Below are positions 9,772-18,828 of a stretch of 64,000 nt of DNA, piece by piece. Source of the stretch: Alkalispirochaeta sp. (GTDB lineage: Bacteria > Spirochaetota > Spirochaetia > DSM-27196 > Alkalispirochaetaceae); the NCBI GenBank assembly GCA_965601925.1, contig OZ271854.1, positions 4,064,001 to 4,128,000 of the forward strand, in the 5' to 3' direction. Position 1 is the stretch's first letter. Each line of letters starts with the position of its first letter. The notes under the pieces were generated by a model, which was not told the DNA's origin, ran no database searches, and worked only from the letters and a program-made list of their open reading frames with translations. The translations under genes and the position numbers were made by a program.

Positions 9772-11183
9772 GCCCCGACGCCGATGCCGGCTTTGTGGCT
9801 CAATACGTTGCACGCGCCCGCGCCGCACAAGCGCACATCGCCGACTATACCCAGGAGCAAATAGACGACGTCTGTTTGTCGGTGGGCTGGGAGGTCTACA
9901 ACGACGAGAATATCGCCCTACTCGCCAAGCGCGCCGTCGAAGTGACCGAGATGGGAAACGTTCCCGACAAGATCACCAAACACAAGGTGAAGGTCATGGG
10001 AGTGCTCAACGATATTCGTGACGCCAAGACGGTAGGACTCATCGAGCGCGACGAGCGTCGCGGCATCTCGAAGTACGCCAAACCGGTCGGCGTCGTCGGC
10101 GCTCTTCTCCCGGTGACCAACCCCACGGCGACCCCTGCGAGTAACGGCCTGGGCATTCTCAAGGGACGCAATGCGGTCATCTTTGCGCCCCACCCCCGTG
10201 GTGCGGCGGCGAGCAAACTTGCGATCGAATATATGCGCAAGGGGCTCAGACGCGTCGGAGCACCCGAGGATTTGGTACAGATCATTGAGGAGCCGTCGAT
10301 TCCACGAACCAACGAGTTAATGAAGCAGGTCGATCTGGTAGTGGCGACCGGCGGCGGCGCGATGGTCAAAGCGGCATACTCTTCGGGCACCCCCTCCTAC
10401 GGCGTCGGTCCGGGAAACTCGGTCCAGATCATCGCCGAGGACGCCGACGTCGCCGACGCGGTGGCCAAGATTGCCCTCAGCAAGGCGTTCGACCACGCGA
10501 CGAGTTGCTCGAGTGAGAACAGCGTCATCATCCACGAGTCGCTGTACGACGAGGCGTTGACGCTCTTTCGGAGAAAGGAGCACAGCTACCTCGTTACCGG
10601 CGGCGAGCGCGAGAAGCTCAAAGGATGGATGTGGCGGCCCAACAAAAAGGGCGTCGTCGGCCTGAATCCTGCGATTATCGCCCGTAGCGCCGCAACCATC
10701 GCCGAAGGAGCGGGACTCACCGTACCGCAGGACACGCGCGTACTCCTCGTTGAGGGTACCATGCCGCTGGAGGACGACCGGTTCGCCGACGAAAAGCTCT
10801 CTCCCGTCCTTACGCTCTACCGATACGGCACGTTTGAAGAGGCGGTCGATATCCTTACTCGTCTTACCGATAACGCGGGGACGGGCCACTCCTGCGGAAT
10901 CCACACCCACAAGCGGGAATACATCGAGGCACTGGGAGAGCGAATGCGTACCAGTCGTATTATGGTACGCCAGGCGCAGGCTCCCGCCAACGGCGGCAAC
11001 TTCTTCAACGGAATGCCGAGCACGGTAACGCTTGGGTGCGGGACGTGGGGCGGCAACATCACTACGGAGAACATCCATTGGAAGCACTTCATCAACGTCA
11101 CGTGGGTGAGCGAGCCGTTCGAGCCGGTGCGCCCCACCGACGATGAGATATGGGGCCGCTTCTGGTCGCGCTACGAGAAGTAG
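9768..11183 (+). CDS. CoA-acylating aldehyde dehydrogenase, sulfoacetaldehyde dehydrogenase (SauS/SqwD)-like
   Basis: PVTNPTATP, GVGPGN, KAFDHATSCSSENS, EKLSPVL, LGCGTWGGN and a SauS-like C-terminal tail. Confidence 0.8.
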   Translation: MSPDADAGFVAQYVARARAAQAHIADYTQEQIDDVCLSVGWEVYNDENIALLAKRAVEVTEMGNVPDKITKHKVKVMGVLNDIRDAKTVGLIERDERRGISKYAKPVGVVGALLPVTNPTATPASNGLGILKGRNAVIFAPHPRGAAASKLAIEYMRKGLRRVGAPEDLVQIIEEPSIPRTNELMKQVDLVVATGGGAMVKAAYSSGTPSYGVGPGNSVQIIAEDADVADAVAKIALSKAFDHATSCSSENSVIIHESLYDEALTLFRRKEHSYLVTGGEREKLKGWMWRPNKKGVVGLNPAIIARSAATIAEGAGLTVPQDTRVLLVEGTMPLEDDRFADEKLSPVLTLYRYGTFEEAVDILTRLTDNAGTGHSCGIHTHKREYIEALGERMRTSRIMVRQAQAPANGGNFFNGMPSTVTLGCGTWGGNITTENIHWKHFINVTWVSEPFEPVRPTDDEIWGRFWSRYEK

Positions 11184-11226
11184 CGCACCGCACCGCTGCA
11201 AGAACCAAGGCGAAGAAGGAGCCACC

Positions 11227-12396
11227 GTGAGACTACTGGAGTACCAGGGCAAAGAGGCCTTTAGGGAATCGGGCATACCGACGCCCGATTCGCGGCTCGT
11301 CCCCGTCGACGGACCGGTCGGAGACGCCGTTAGACGCGCCGTAGAGGAGCTGCAACACGCTTCCCCAAACGTCGGACGCGTGGTCGTCAAGGCGCAAATC
11401 AATATGGGCGGGCGCGGAAAAGCGGGGCTCATCCGTGTCGCCGAGAGCGCACAGGAGGCGGCACAGGCGGCTGAGCAGATCGTATCGGCGGGTTACACCG
11501 TCCCCGCGCTCCTCGTCGAGCGCGCCGTGGAGTATGACCGAGAGCTCTATCTCTCGGTCACGACCGATCCGGAACGCGCTCGATTCGTCGTCCTCGCGTG
11601 CGCCGAGGGCGGGATTGAGATCGAAGAGTTGGCGGCCGACCGCCCCGAGGCGATCAAGCGCGTCGAGGTCGACCCCTTTCGGGGGTTGCAGGCGTACGGC
11701 GCGCGCGGCCTCGCCTACGATCTGGGACTCTCGACCGACGCGGTAAAAGCGTTCTCTCGTATCGTGGAATCCTTGTATGCGCTCTTTCGCGAACGAGACG
11801 CCGAGCTCGCCGAGATCAATCCGCTTTTCGTCACCACGTCGGGCGAGCTGGTCGCGGGAGACGCCAAGCTTATCATCGACGACAACAGCCTCTATCGCCA
11901 ACAGCGCTATACGATCAGCCGTGAGCAGTTCGACTCCGACGCCGCGTTCGAGGCGGCCGGTGAAGGCATACCGTACGTCCAATTCGACGGCGATATCTCG
12001 CTCATGTGCGCCGGCGCGGGACTTACGACTACCGTCTTCGATCTGGTGAACATGGCAGGCGGTTCGGTCGCCAACTATCTCGAGTTCGGTGGTCCCAACT
12101 ATCGCAAGGCCGAGCGGGCGATGGAGCTCTGTCTCAAGAACCGCAGCAAAGTCATTCTTATTGTGACGTTCGGGACGATCGCCCGCGCCGACGTCATGGC
12201 CGAGGGCGTTGCCGACGCGATCGCTCGCCTGGCGCCCGACCGTCCGATTGTAGCGTGTATTCGCGGCACCAACGAGGAGGCCGCCGAGAAGACGCTGCGC
12301 GAGGCGGGGTTGGAGCCGCTGTCCGACACCGAGGAGGCGGTCCGTCGGGCGATACATCTCGCCCAAACCGTGGATATGAAGGAGGCGCGCCGATGA
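11227..12396 (+). CDS. ADP-forming acyl-CoA ligase beta subunit (SucC family; sulfoacetate-CoA ligase-like)
   Basis: LLEYQGK, GGRGKAG, EINPL, DAKLIIDDN; ligase domain diverged from SucC. Confidence 0.85.
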   Translation: MRLLEYQGKEAFRESGIPTPDSRLVPVDGPVGDAVRRAVEELQHASPNVGRVVVKAQINMGGRGKAGLIRVAESAQEAAQAAEQIVSAGYTVPALLVERAVEYDRELYLSVTTDPERARFVVLACAEGGIEIEELAADRPEAIKRVEVDPFRGLQAYGARGLAYDLGLSTDAVKAFSRIVESLYALFRERDAELAEINPLFVTTSGELVAGDAKLIIDDNSLYRQQRYTISREQFDSDAAFEAAGEGIPYVQFDGDISLMCAGAGLTTTVFDLVNMAGGSVANYLEFGGPNYRKAERAMELCLKNRSKVILIVTFGTIARADVMAEGVADAIARLAPDRPIVACIRGTNEEAAEKTLREAGLEPLSDTEEAVRRAIHLAQTVDMKEARR

Positions 12397-13289
12397 GCAT
12401 CTTCGTCGATCGAACGACGCGCGTCGTCGTGCAGGGCATCACCGGAAGCGAAGGAAGTTTCTGGACCAAGCATATGCTCGATATGGGAACCCGGGTAGTC
12501 GCGGGGGTAACACCGGGCAAGGAGGGTCGGACGGTCCACGACGTGCCGGTCTACCATAGTGTGCGACGTTCGCTCGATTCTCACGAGGCCGACGCGGCGA
12601 TGCTCTTCGTACCGCCGAGATTCACCAAGGACGCCGTCTTCGAGACGCTGGAAGCGGGAATACGGAACGTGGTGACGATCGCCGACGGGATTCCCCTTCA
12701 CGACCAAATCGAAATCCGCGCCGCTTCTCGCGACGTCGGAGCGACCGTCGTCGGCGGTAACACCTCGGGGGTCATCTCTCCGGGACGCTCGATGCTGGGC
12801 ATCTTTCCGTATTGGATCGAGCGGGTGTACAAGCCGGGCACAATCGGCGTCATGACGAGATCGGGTTCTCTCACCAACGAGGTGACGGCGATGGTCGTGC
12901 GCGAGGGCTTCGGTGTATCGACGCTTATCGGCGTCGGCGGCGATCCGGTACCGGGTGCACGGTTCGCCGAGTTTCTCGATGCGTTCGAGGCGGACGCGGA
13001 GACCGAAGGAGTCGTGATCGTCGGCGAGTTGGGCGGCACGATGGAAGAAGAGGTCGCCGAGGCTATTCGCGCGAGACGCTTTACCAAGCCGCTGGTCGCC
13101 TTTATCGGTGGACGCACCGCGCCTCCCGGAACGCGCATGGGACACGCCGGCGCAATTGCGACCGGGGGTACCGGCACGGTTAAGGCCAAGATTTCAGCTC
13201 TGGAGGCGGTCGGCGCTCGCGTTGCCGAGCGACCGAGTCGGGTCGGCACACTCCTGGCCGCCGCTCTGCGAGAACGGGGCGCTCGATGA
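12393..13289 (+). CDS. ADP-forming acyl-CoA ligase alpha subunit (SucD family; sulfoacetate-CoA ligase-like)
   Basis: VQGITG, GVTPGK, RSGSLT, GELGG, phospho-His motif MGHAGA. Confidence 0.88.
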   Translation: MSIFVDRTTRVVVQGITGSEGSFWTKHMLDMGTRVVAGVTPGKEGRTVHDVPVYHSVRRSLDSHEADAAMLFVPPRFTKDAVFETLEAGIRNVVTIADGIPLHDQIEIRAASRDVGATVVGGNTSGVISPGRSMLGIFPYWIERVYKPGTIGVMTRSGSLTNEVTAMVVREGFGVSTLIGVGGDPVPGARFAEFLDAFEADAETEGVVIVGELGGTMEEEVAEAIRARRFTKPLVAFIGGRTAPPGTRMGHAGAIATGGTGTVKAKISALEAVGARVAERPSRVGTLLAAALRERGAR

Positions 13290-14785
13290 ACGCCGTTACA
13301 CCGGACGCACCGCGTACGCCTCCGTCCGCTCTCAAACGGGAGATGAGTGTTGCGACGCGGTGGTTTATCCTTGCGTCCGCTTTCGTACTCGCCCTCCTCG
13401 CCCGTGTCGCGCCGCTCCCCGAGACGGTCCGAACGATCAACGGGACGCTTCTGAGCGTCGACGGTCAGGCCGCATTGGGCGTGCTCCTGTTTGCCCTTGT
13501 CCTATGGATGACCGAGGCGATACCGTTTCATATCACCGGCCTCCTCGGCATCTTTCTACTCGCCCTGTTTCGAGTGGAACAGTTCGGTGCTATCGTTTCA
13601 CTGGGATTCGGGAATCACATTTTCGTCTTTTTTATCGGCGTCCTGGTGCTCTCGAGCTTCATTACCCGAAGCGGACTGGGGAATCGAATCTCGATGTTTC
13701 TGCTGAGCCGTACGGGAAACTCCACGGCGATGATCATTTTCGGCTTCCTCTCCGTCGGTATGATCCTCTCCATGTGGATTACCAATACGGCGGTTGCGGC
13801 GATGCTCATGCCCCTCGCATCATCGATTCTCCGAGACGAGGGCGTGCGTCCCATGGAGAGTAAGTTCGGCAAGGCGCTCATGATCGCCTGCGCGTGGGGG
13901 CCGATCATCGGCGGGATCATGGCGCCGTCGGGAGCGGGACCGAATCCGCTCGCGATCGGTTTTCTGCGCCAGATGGCCGGCGTCGAGCTCACCTTTCTCG
14001 GATGGATGGCCTACGGAGTGCCGGCGGGCCTCTTGATCCTCCTCCCGACGTGGGGCGTCCTAATGCTCTTTTTCAGGCCCGAGATCACCCATCTGAAAAA
14101 GAGCCGTCAAGAGCTCAAACGGGAGTACGAAGCGCTGCCGAAGATGGGACGGGAGGAGCGCGTTACCCTCGTCATTTTCGTGCTTACCGTCTTTCTCTGG
14201 CTGAGCACGCCGCTGTGGGAGCGAATCCTTGGAATCGGGATACCGATCTCGATGCCGGTTCTCTTCACTGCGGCGATCTTCTTCTTTCCCGGGGTCGGCG
14301 CCACGAAGTGGAAGACGGTGGAAGAGGAGATCAGCTGGAGCAGCATACTCCTCATCGTCGCCGGAATATCTCTCGGATTGGTGCTCTACCGCACCGGCGC
14401 GGCCGAATGGTTGGCGACGCTCTTCTTGGGCGGCGTCGGAGGTCTTTCACCCTTCCCCATGGTGCTTCTCGTGGTGCTCGCGGTGAGCTTTCTCAAGATC
14501 TTTCTTTCGAGCAACACCGTTACGGCGACGATTATCATCCCGATTATGATCACCCTTTCGACGGCTCTGGGGGTCGATACGCTCTCGATCACCATACCGG
14601 CGGCGCTCACCACGAGTATGGCGTTCATCCTCGTAACGAGCACACCGACGAACGTCATTCCGTATAGCGCGGGCTACTTCTCGATTCGCGATATGGCCGT
14701 TAGTGGAACGGTGATGACCCTCGTTGCGTCGCCGATCGTCGCGGGAACGATCTTTCTGGTGGGGCGATTCACCGGGTTGTATTGA
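13286..14785 (+). CDS. DASS/SLC13 anion transporter
   Basis: LWMTEAIP, SMWITNTA, SSNTVT, STPTNVI. Confidence 0.9.
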   Translation: MNAVTPDAPRTPPSALKREMSVATRWFILASAFVLALLARVAPLPETVRTINGTLLSVDGQAALGVLLFALVLWMTEAIPFHITGLLGIFLLALFRVEQFGAIVSLGFGNHIFVFFIGVLVLSSFITRSGLGNRISMFLLSRTGNSTAMIIFGFLSVGMILSMWITNTAVAAMLMPLASSILRDEGVRPMESKFGKALMIACAWGPIIGGIMAPSGAGPNPLAIGFLRQMAGVELTFLGWMAYGVPAGLLILLPTWGVLMLFFRPEITHLKKSRQELKREYEALPKMGREERVTLVIFVLTVFLWLSTPLWERILGIGIPISMPVLFTAAIFFFPGVGATKWKTVEEEISWSSILLIVAGISLGLVLYRTGAAEWLATLFLGGVGGLSPFPMVLLVVLAVSFLKIFLSSNTVTATIIIPIMITLSTALGVDTLSITIPAALTTSMAFILVTSTPTNVIPYSAGYFSIRDMAVSGTVMTLVASPIVAGTIFLVGRFTGLY

Positions 14786-14801
14786 ACGAGACCGCGGCTC
14801 G

Positions 14802-15542
14802 ATGGATCACGCCGTTACGTTGGTCGCGATCTACGCCGTCGCCGGCGTGGTGCACGGGGTCGTAGGGTTCGGCTTCGCACTTCTCTCCGTTCCGGTGGTG
14901 GCGATGCTCTTCGATCCCCCAACGGCGGTGGCGTTGAATGCCGTCGTCGGAACGGCGAATTGCGGGTACAAAGCGTGGCTCCTGCGCTCCGAGATAACGC
15001 CGCGGAGCGTGTTTTCGTTTTTCGCCGTCGCGCTCCTCGGCATACCGGTGGGTGTGTTCGCGCTCGCGGCCCTTCCCCGCGAGGCGGCCCTCACGGCAAT
15101 CGGCGCGTTCGTGATCGCAGTGGCCGTCGGCAATCTGCGCCATCGCGACGGTATGCGTGCGGCGATGCGCTCCCCGATGAGTTTCTGGGTTCTGGCCGGA
15201 CTCGCAGGCGTGCTCTCCGGCGCATTCGGCGCCCCGGGACCGGCCGCAATACCGTATTTTGTCTCCCGAGACGATGATCCGCTGGTAGGATCGGCGAATG
15301 CGCAACTCTTTTTTACCCTGGCGGCCGGTCCGGTTCTCGCCTTCCATATCGCCCGCGGCACCATGTCCGTACCGCTGTTGATCAGGGCGGTATCGTGTCT
15401 GCCGGTCGTATTCGTCGCCGCACTCGCCGGCACACACATTTCGCGCCGCGCTCCCGAGCACCTCCTGCGTACGATAGTCGACTACGCGCTCATCGTCTTT
15501 GGGGCGTGGTTAGTGGTGGAGAACGGCGTTCTCCGACGGTAA
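14802..15542 (+). CDS. TauE/SafE-family sulfite/sulfonate exporter
   Basis: AGVVHGVVGFGFALL and GVLSGAFGAPGP repeats; hydrophobic. Confidence 0.85.
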   Translation: MDHAVTLVAIYAVAGVVHGVVGFGFALLSVPVVAMLFDPPTAVALNAVVGTANCGYKAWLLRSEITPRSVFSFFAVALLGIPVGVFALAALPREAALTAIGAFVIAVAVGNLRHRDGMRAAMRSPMSFWVLAGLAGVLSGAFGAPGPAAIPYFVSRDDDPLVGSANAQLFFTLAAGPVLAFHIARGTMSVPLLIRAVSCLPVVFVAALAGTHISRRAPEHLLRTIVDYALIVFGAWLVVENGVLRR

Positions 15543-15614
15543 TCGTCGGCGATCGGCACGCCTTGCATCGCATCGCCGCAATACGCCACAGTACTGCCCG
15601 AAAGGAGTTGCGCC

Positions 15615-16319
15615 GTGAAAAAACGTTGCGTCGCCGTTCGTCACATCTTTTTTGAAGACCTGGGCGCCTTCGCACAGCCTATCCGAGACGCAGGCTACGA
15701 TATCACGTATCTCGACGCCGTGACGGACGACCTTTCACCGGCCGGCGACGCCGATCTGGCCGTCTTCCTCGGCGGGCCGATCGGCGTGTACGAGGAGGAG
15801 AGCTATCCGTTCATCACCACCGAAATCGGCATTGCGTCGCGCCGCCTCGAGGGACGCAAAGCGACGTTGGGCATATGCCTCGGGGCGCAGGTCGTCGCCC
15901 GAGCCGCCGGAGCGCATGTGTACCCCGGCGGACGCGGAAAAGAGATCGGATGGGAGCCGATCAGCCTGACCGAAGAGGGCCGACGCGGAATCACCGCACC
16001 GCTCGAGACGGACGGCGGGTGGATGTTTCATTGGCACGGCGACACGTTCGATCTCCCGGCCGGCGCGAGTCTCCTCGCATCCACCGAGCGCTATCCCAAT
16101 CAGGCGTACGCGATCGGCGACAACGTACTTGCCTTTCAGTTTCATCCCGAGGTGGAGCCGAGGCGAATCGAACACTGGCTCGTCGGGCACGCGGTCGAAA
16201 TCGCCCACTCCGACGAGGGCGACGTCGCGACGATTCGCGCCGCCACGCGGCGTTACGGACCGGATTTGGTGCGTCGAGGGAGCGCAACGATCAGCGCGTG
16301 GCTGGCGAGGCTATACTGA
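15615..16319 (+). CDS. Class I glutamine amidotransferase-like protein
   Basis: GICLGAQ, HWHGDTF, QFHPE triad motifs. Confidence 0.9.
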   Translation: MKKRCVAVRHIFFEDLGAFAQPIRDAGYDITYLDAVTDDLSPAGDADLAVFLGGPIGVYEEESYPFITTEIGIASRRLEGRKATLGICLGAQVVARAAGAHVYPGGRGKEIGWEPISLTEEGRRGITAPLETDGGWMFHWHGDTFDLPAGASLLASTERYPNQAYAIGDNVLAFQFHPEVEPRRIEHWLVGHAVEIAHSDEGDVATIRAATRRYGPDLVRRGSATISAWLARLY

Positions 16320-18612
16320 TCAAAGACTCCGGCAACGACTCGCGCGACTCGTCAGGCTTCCACGCGGCGAGATAGGCGTCCATTTCCTGAATGCGCCGAA
16401 TCGAAAGCAACTCTCCGGCAACTCGTCGCGCATCATCCAAGGTATATCCGGCCAGACGCCGCTTGGTATTCTCGATGCGGGGCGGCGCGACGCTTAGCTT
16501 GCGGATGCCAATACCGACGAAAAAGAGCATCAAAACCGGATCCGAGGCGGCGTCGCCGCACACCGAAATCATCGTCGATCCGTCGTCGACGCCGAGAGCC
16601 TCCTCCACGATGAAACTGATCGAACGCAGGACGGAGGGGTGATAGGTGCGGTAGAGGTGGCCGAGATGCTCGTTTGTGCGGTCCACGGCGAGGAGATACA
16701 TCGTGAGATCGTTAGTGCCGATCGAGAGGAAATCGGCCTCCGCGGCGAGTTCGGCCGAGGCCAGGGCGGCTGACGGAAGTTCGATCATCGCTCCGACGCG
16801 GGGATTCGGATTGTGCGCCACACCCCGTGCCGCGAGTTGCGCGGCCGCTCTCCTGATCTCCTCCTTGGCGTCCAACAACTCCTCCACGCCCGATACCATC
16901 GGGACCATGATCCCGAGATCGGCGTCGTGACCGGCGCGTAACATCGCACGGAGTTGCTCGCCGAACATTTCGCGATTGGCGAGGGAGAAGCGAATCCCGC
17001 GCACTCCCAGGAAGGGGTTGTCTTCGCGGTCGCCGCGCCCTTGCATCAACTTGTCGCCACCCAGATCGGCGGTTCGCAGGTCGACCGGCTTTCCCCGATG
17101 GCTCATCACGATCGAACGGTAGATGCGGTACTGCTGTTCTTCCGAGATGAAGTCATTTTTGAGGATAAAGGGAAATTCGGACCGATAGAGCCCGATACCC
17201 TCGGCGCCCTGGCCGCGCGCCTCGATCGCATCCTTGACGATATTGACGTTCGCGGCAATCATCACGCGGTGGTCGTCTGAGGTCTTTCCGCGGATGTGGA
17301 GCGCCCTCGGCGCCTCCACGCGGCGTGCGATACGGTGCTCCCACTCTTCGCGGACCGCGTCGGGAGGATCGATGAGAAGCGACGCTCCGTCGGCATCCAA
17401 TATCAGTGAAGCGCCGTCGCGGATCTTCAGGAGTGAGCGATCGTCGGTGATGAGGACCGGGATGCCCAACGACGAGGCGAGAATGCTGATGTGGGCGGTG
17501 ACCGTTGCTCCATACAACACCACCCCGGCGACTCCCTCCGCAGCGAGACGCGCAAGTTCCGAAGGATAGATGTGGCGCGCCAACGCGATTCGACCGCTCC
17601 ACGAGAAGTGGCGGCCCCCGGGGGCATCGAGATTCGTGACGAGGCGGTATCCCAAATCGCGCACGTCGTGAGCCTTCTCGGCGATACGCGCCTCGGACAT
17701 GGCCGAAAATCGGTCGGCGTAGTATTCCACAACGTGTCGGATTGCCGCGGCCGCGCCGGTGCCCTCCCCGATGCGCTCGCGCATACGCCCCGTAAAACTG
17801 CGGTCCCGGAGCATCAGGAGATGGGCGCCGAAGATAAGCGAGCCGACCTCCGACAACCCGGACGTCTCGCCGTCCGCAAGCTCGGTAAGTTGCGCCAGGG
17901 AAATCTCCAGCGCGGCGTCGAACTTCGCAAGCTCGCGCTCGGTCGATTCGATACTCGCGTCCGAGACCGCGTCGGCCTCGTGAGCCGACCAAAACAGGAG
18001 CGCCGCGCCGGTCGTTGCGCCGCCGGAAGCGCGTTGGCCCTTCACTTCCCGATGCGTCGCCTCGGAACGCGCAAGGGAGTCTACCAGTACGGAGCCGTCT
18101 TCCAATAGGTCCCCGAATCGCGTGGCGAGCCGCATGACCTCAAAATCCGAGAGCTCGTCGAATGTGTCGAGACGGCGGTCGGCAAGCACCAATACGGCCA
18201 CCTGCTGCGTTCCGCGCGCCATGGGTACGACGAGCTTTGAGCCGATCGTACCCGAAGGACCGACCGAGTCGGCTCCCGCCGCTCCTTCATCCCCCTCCTT
18301 CTTCCAGCGAACGACGCGGCTCTCGGAAAACGCTCGTCCGACGACCGAGGTCTCTATACTGAAGTGGCGTCCCCCTTCGGAAGTCTTGCAGTGGGCGTGA
18401 TCCCATATACCGTCGGGATCGACACCGGCGCGAAACACCAAGCTCCGGCTCGCGGCGTCGTGGACGAATATCGCGACCATATCTATTTCGAGAGCGGCAC
18501 GAATGTGCGCAGCGATATCACGCACGAACCGGTCCTGCGCCGCCGTATCTTCAAACAGGGCGGCCAGGCGGTCTATTTCACCGGCCAGACTCTGAGGAAT
18601 CGTAGTACCCAT
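16291..18612 (-). CDS. ptsP: GAF-domain PEP-protein phosphotransferase (enzyme I, PtsP-like)
   Basis: N-terminal GAF; TAHISIL phospho-His, GIGLYRSEF, NPFLGVRGIR, SIGTNDL, VCGD; start uncertain. Confidence 0.85.
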   Translation of the reverse strand: MGTTIPQSLAGEIDRLAALFEDTAAQDRFVRDIAAHIRAALEIDMVAIFVHDAASRSLVFRAGVDPDGIWDHAHCKTSEGGRHFSIETSVVGRAFSESRVVRWKKEGDEGAAGADSVGPSGTIGSKLVVPMARGTQQVAVLVLADRRLDTFDELSDFEVMRLATRFGDLLEDGSVLVDSLARSEATHREVKGQRASGGATTGAALLFWSAHEADAVSDASIESTERELAKFDAALEISLAQLTELADGETSGLSEVGSLIFGAHLLMLRDRSFTGRMRERIGEGTGAAAAIRHVVEYYADRFSAMSEARIAEKAHDVRDLGYRLVTNLDAPGGRHFSWSGRIALARHIYPSELARLAAEGVAGVVLYGATVTAHISILASSLGIPVLITDDRSLLKIRDGASLILDADGASLLIDPPDAVREEWEHRIARRVEAPRALHIRGKTSDDHRVMIAANVNIVKDAIEARGQGAEGIGLYRSEFPFILKNDFISEEQQYRIYRSIVMSHRGKPVDLRTADLGGDKLMQGRGDREDNPFLGVRGIRFSLANREMFGEQLRAMLRAGHDADLGIMVPMVSGVEELLDAKEEIRRAAAQLAARGVAHNPNPRVGAMIELPSAALASAELAAEADFLSIGTNDLTMYLLAVDRTNEHLGHLYRTYHPSVLRSISFIVEEALGVDDGSTMISVCGDAASDPVLMLFFVGIGIRKLSVAPPRIENTKRRLAGYTLDDARRVAGELLSIRRIQEMDAYLAAWKPDESRESLPESLISIASPATR

Positions 18613-18828
18613 CGAGTGTAAGCTACTCAGAGCGGACAAAACGTTCAAGGAGCGCTGCCGACGCCGGCCGCGGTCGTGCGCCGTACGAGTTCGATGTGCG
18701 TCATACCGGCCGGAAGCGCCCGGACGCCGTTGCGGATGAGCACGCTTGCGGGTACGATGCGTATCGGCGTCATCTCTCGATAGAAAACGAAAAATGCATA
18801 TCATTGATACCATGGGAAAGGAACAACT

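Noticed and set aside
11227..13289. Canonical TCA sucCD
   Set aside because: Succinate-site motifs altered and context is sulfonate-like
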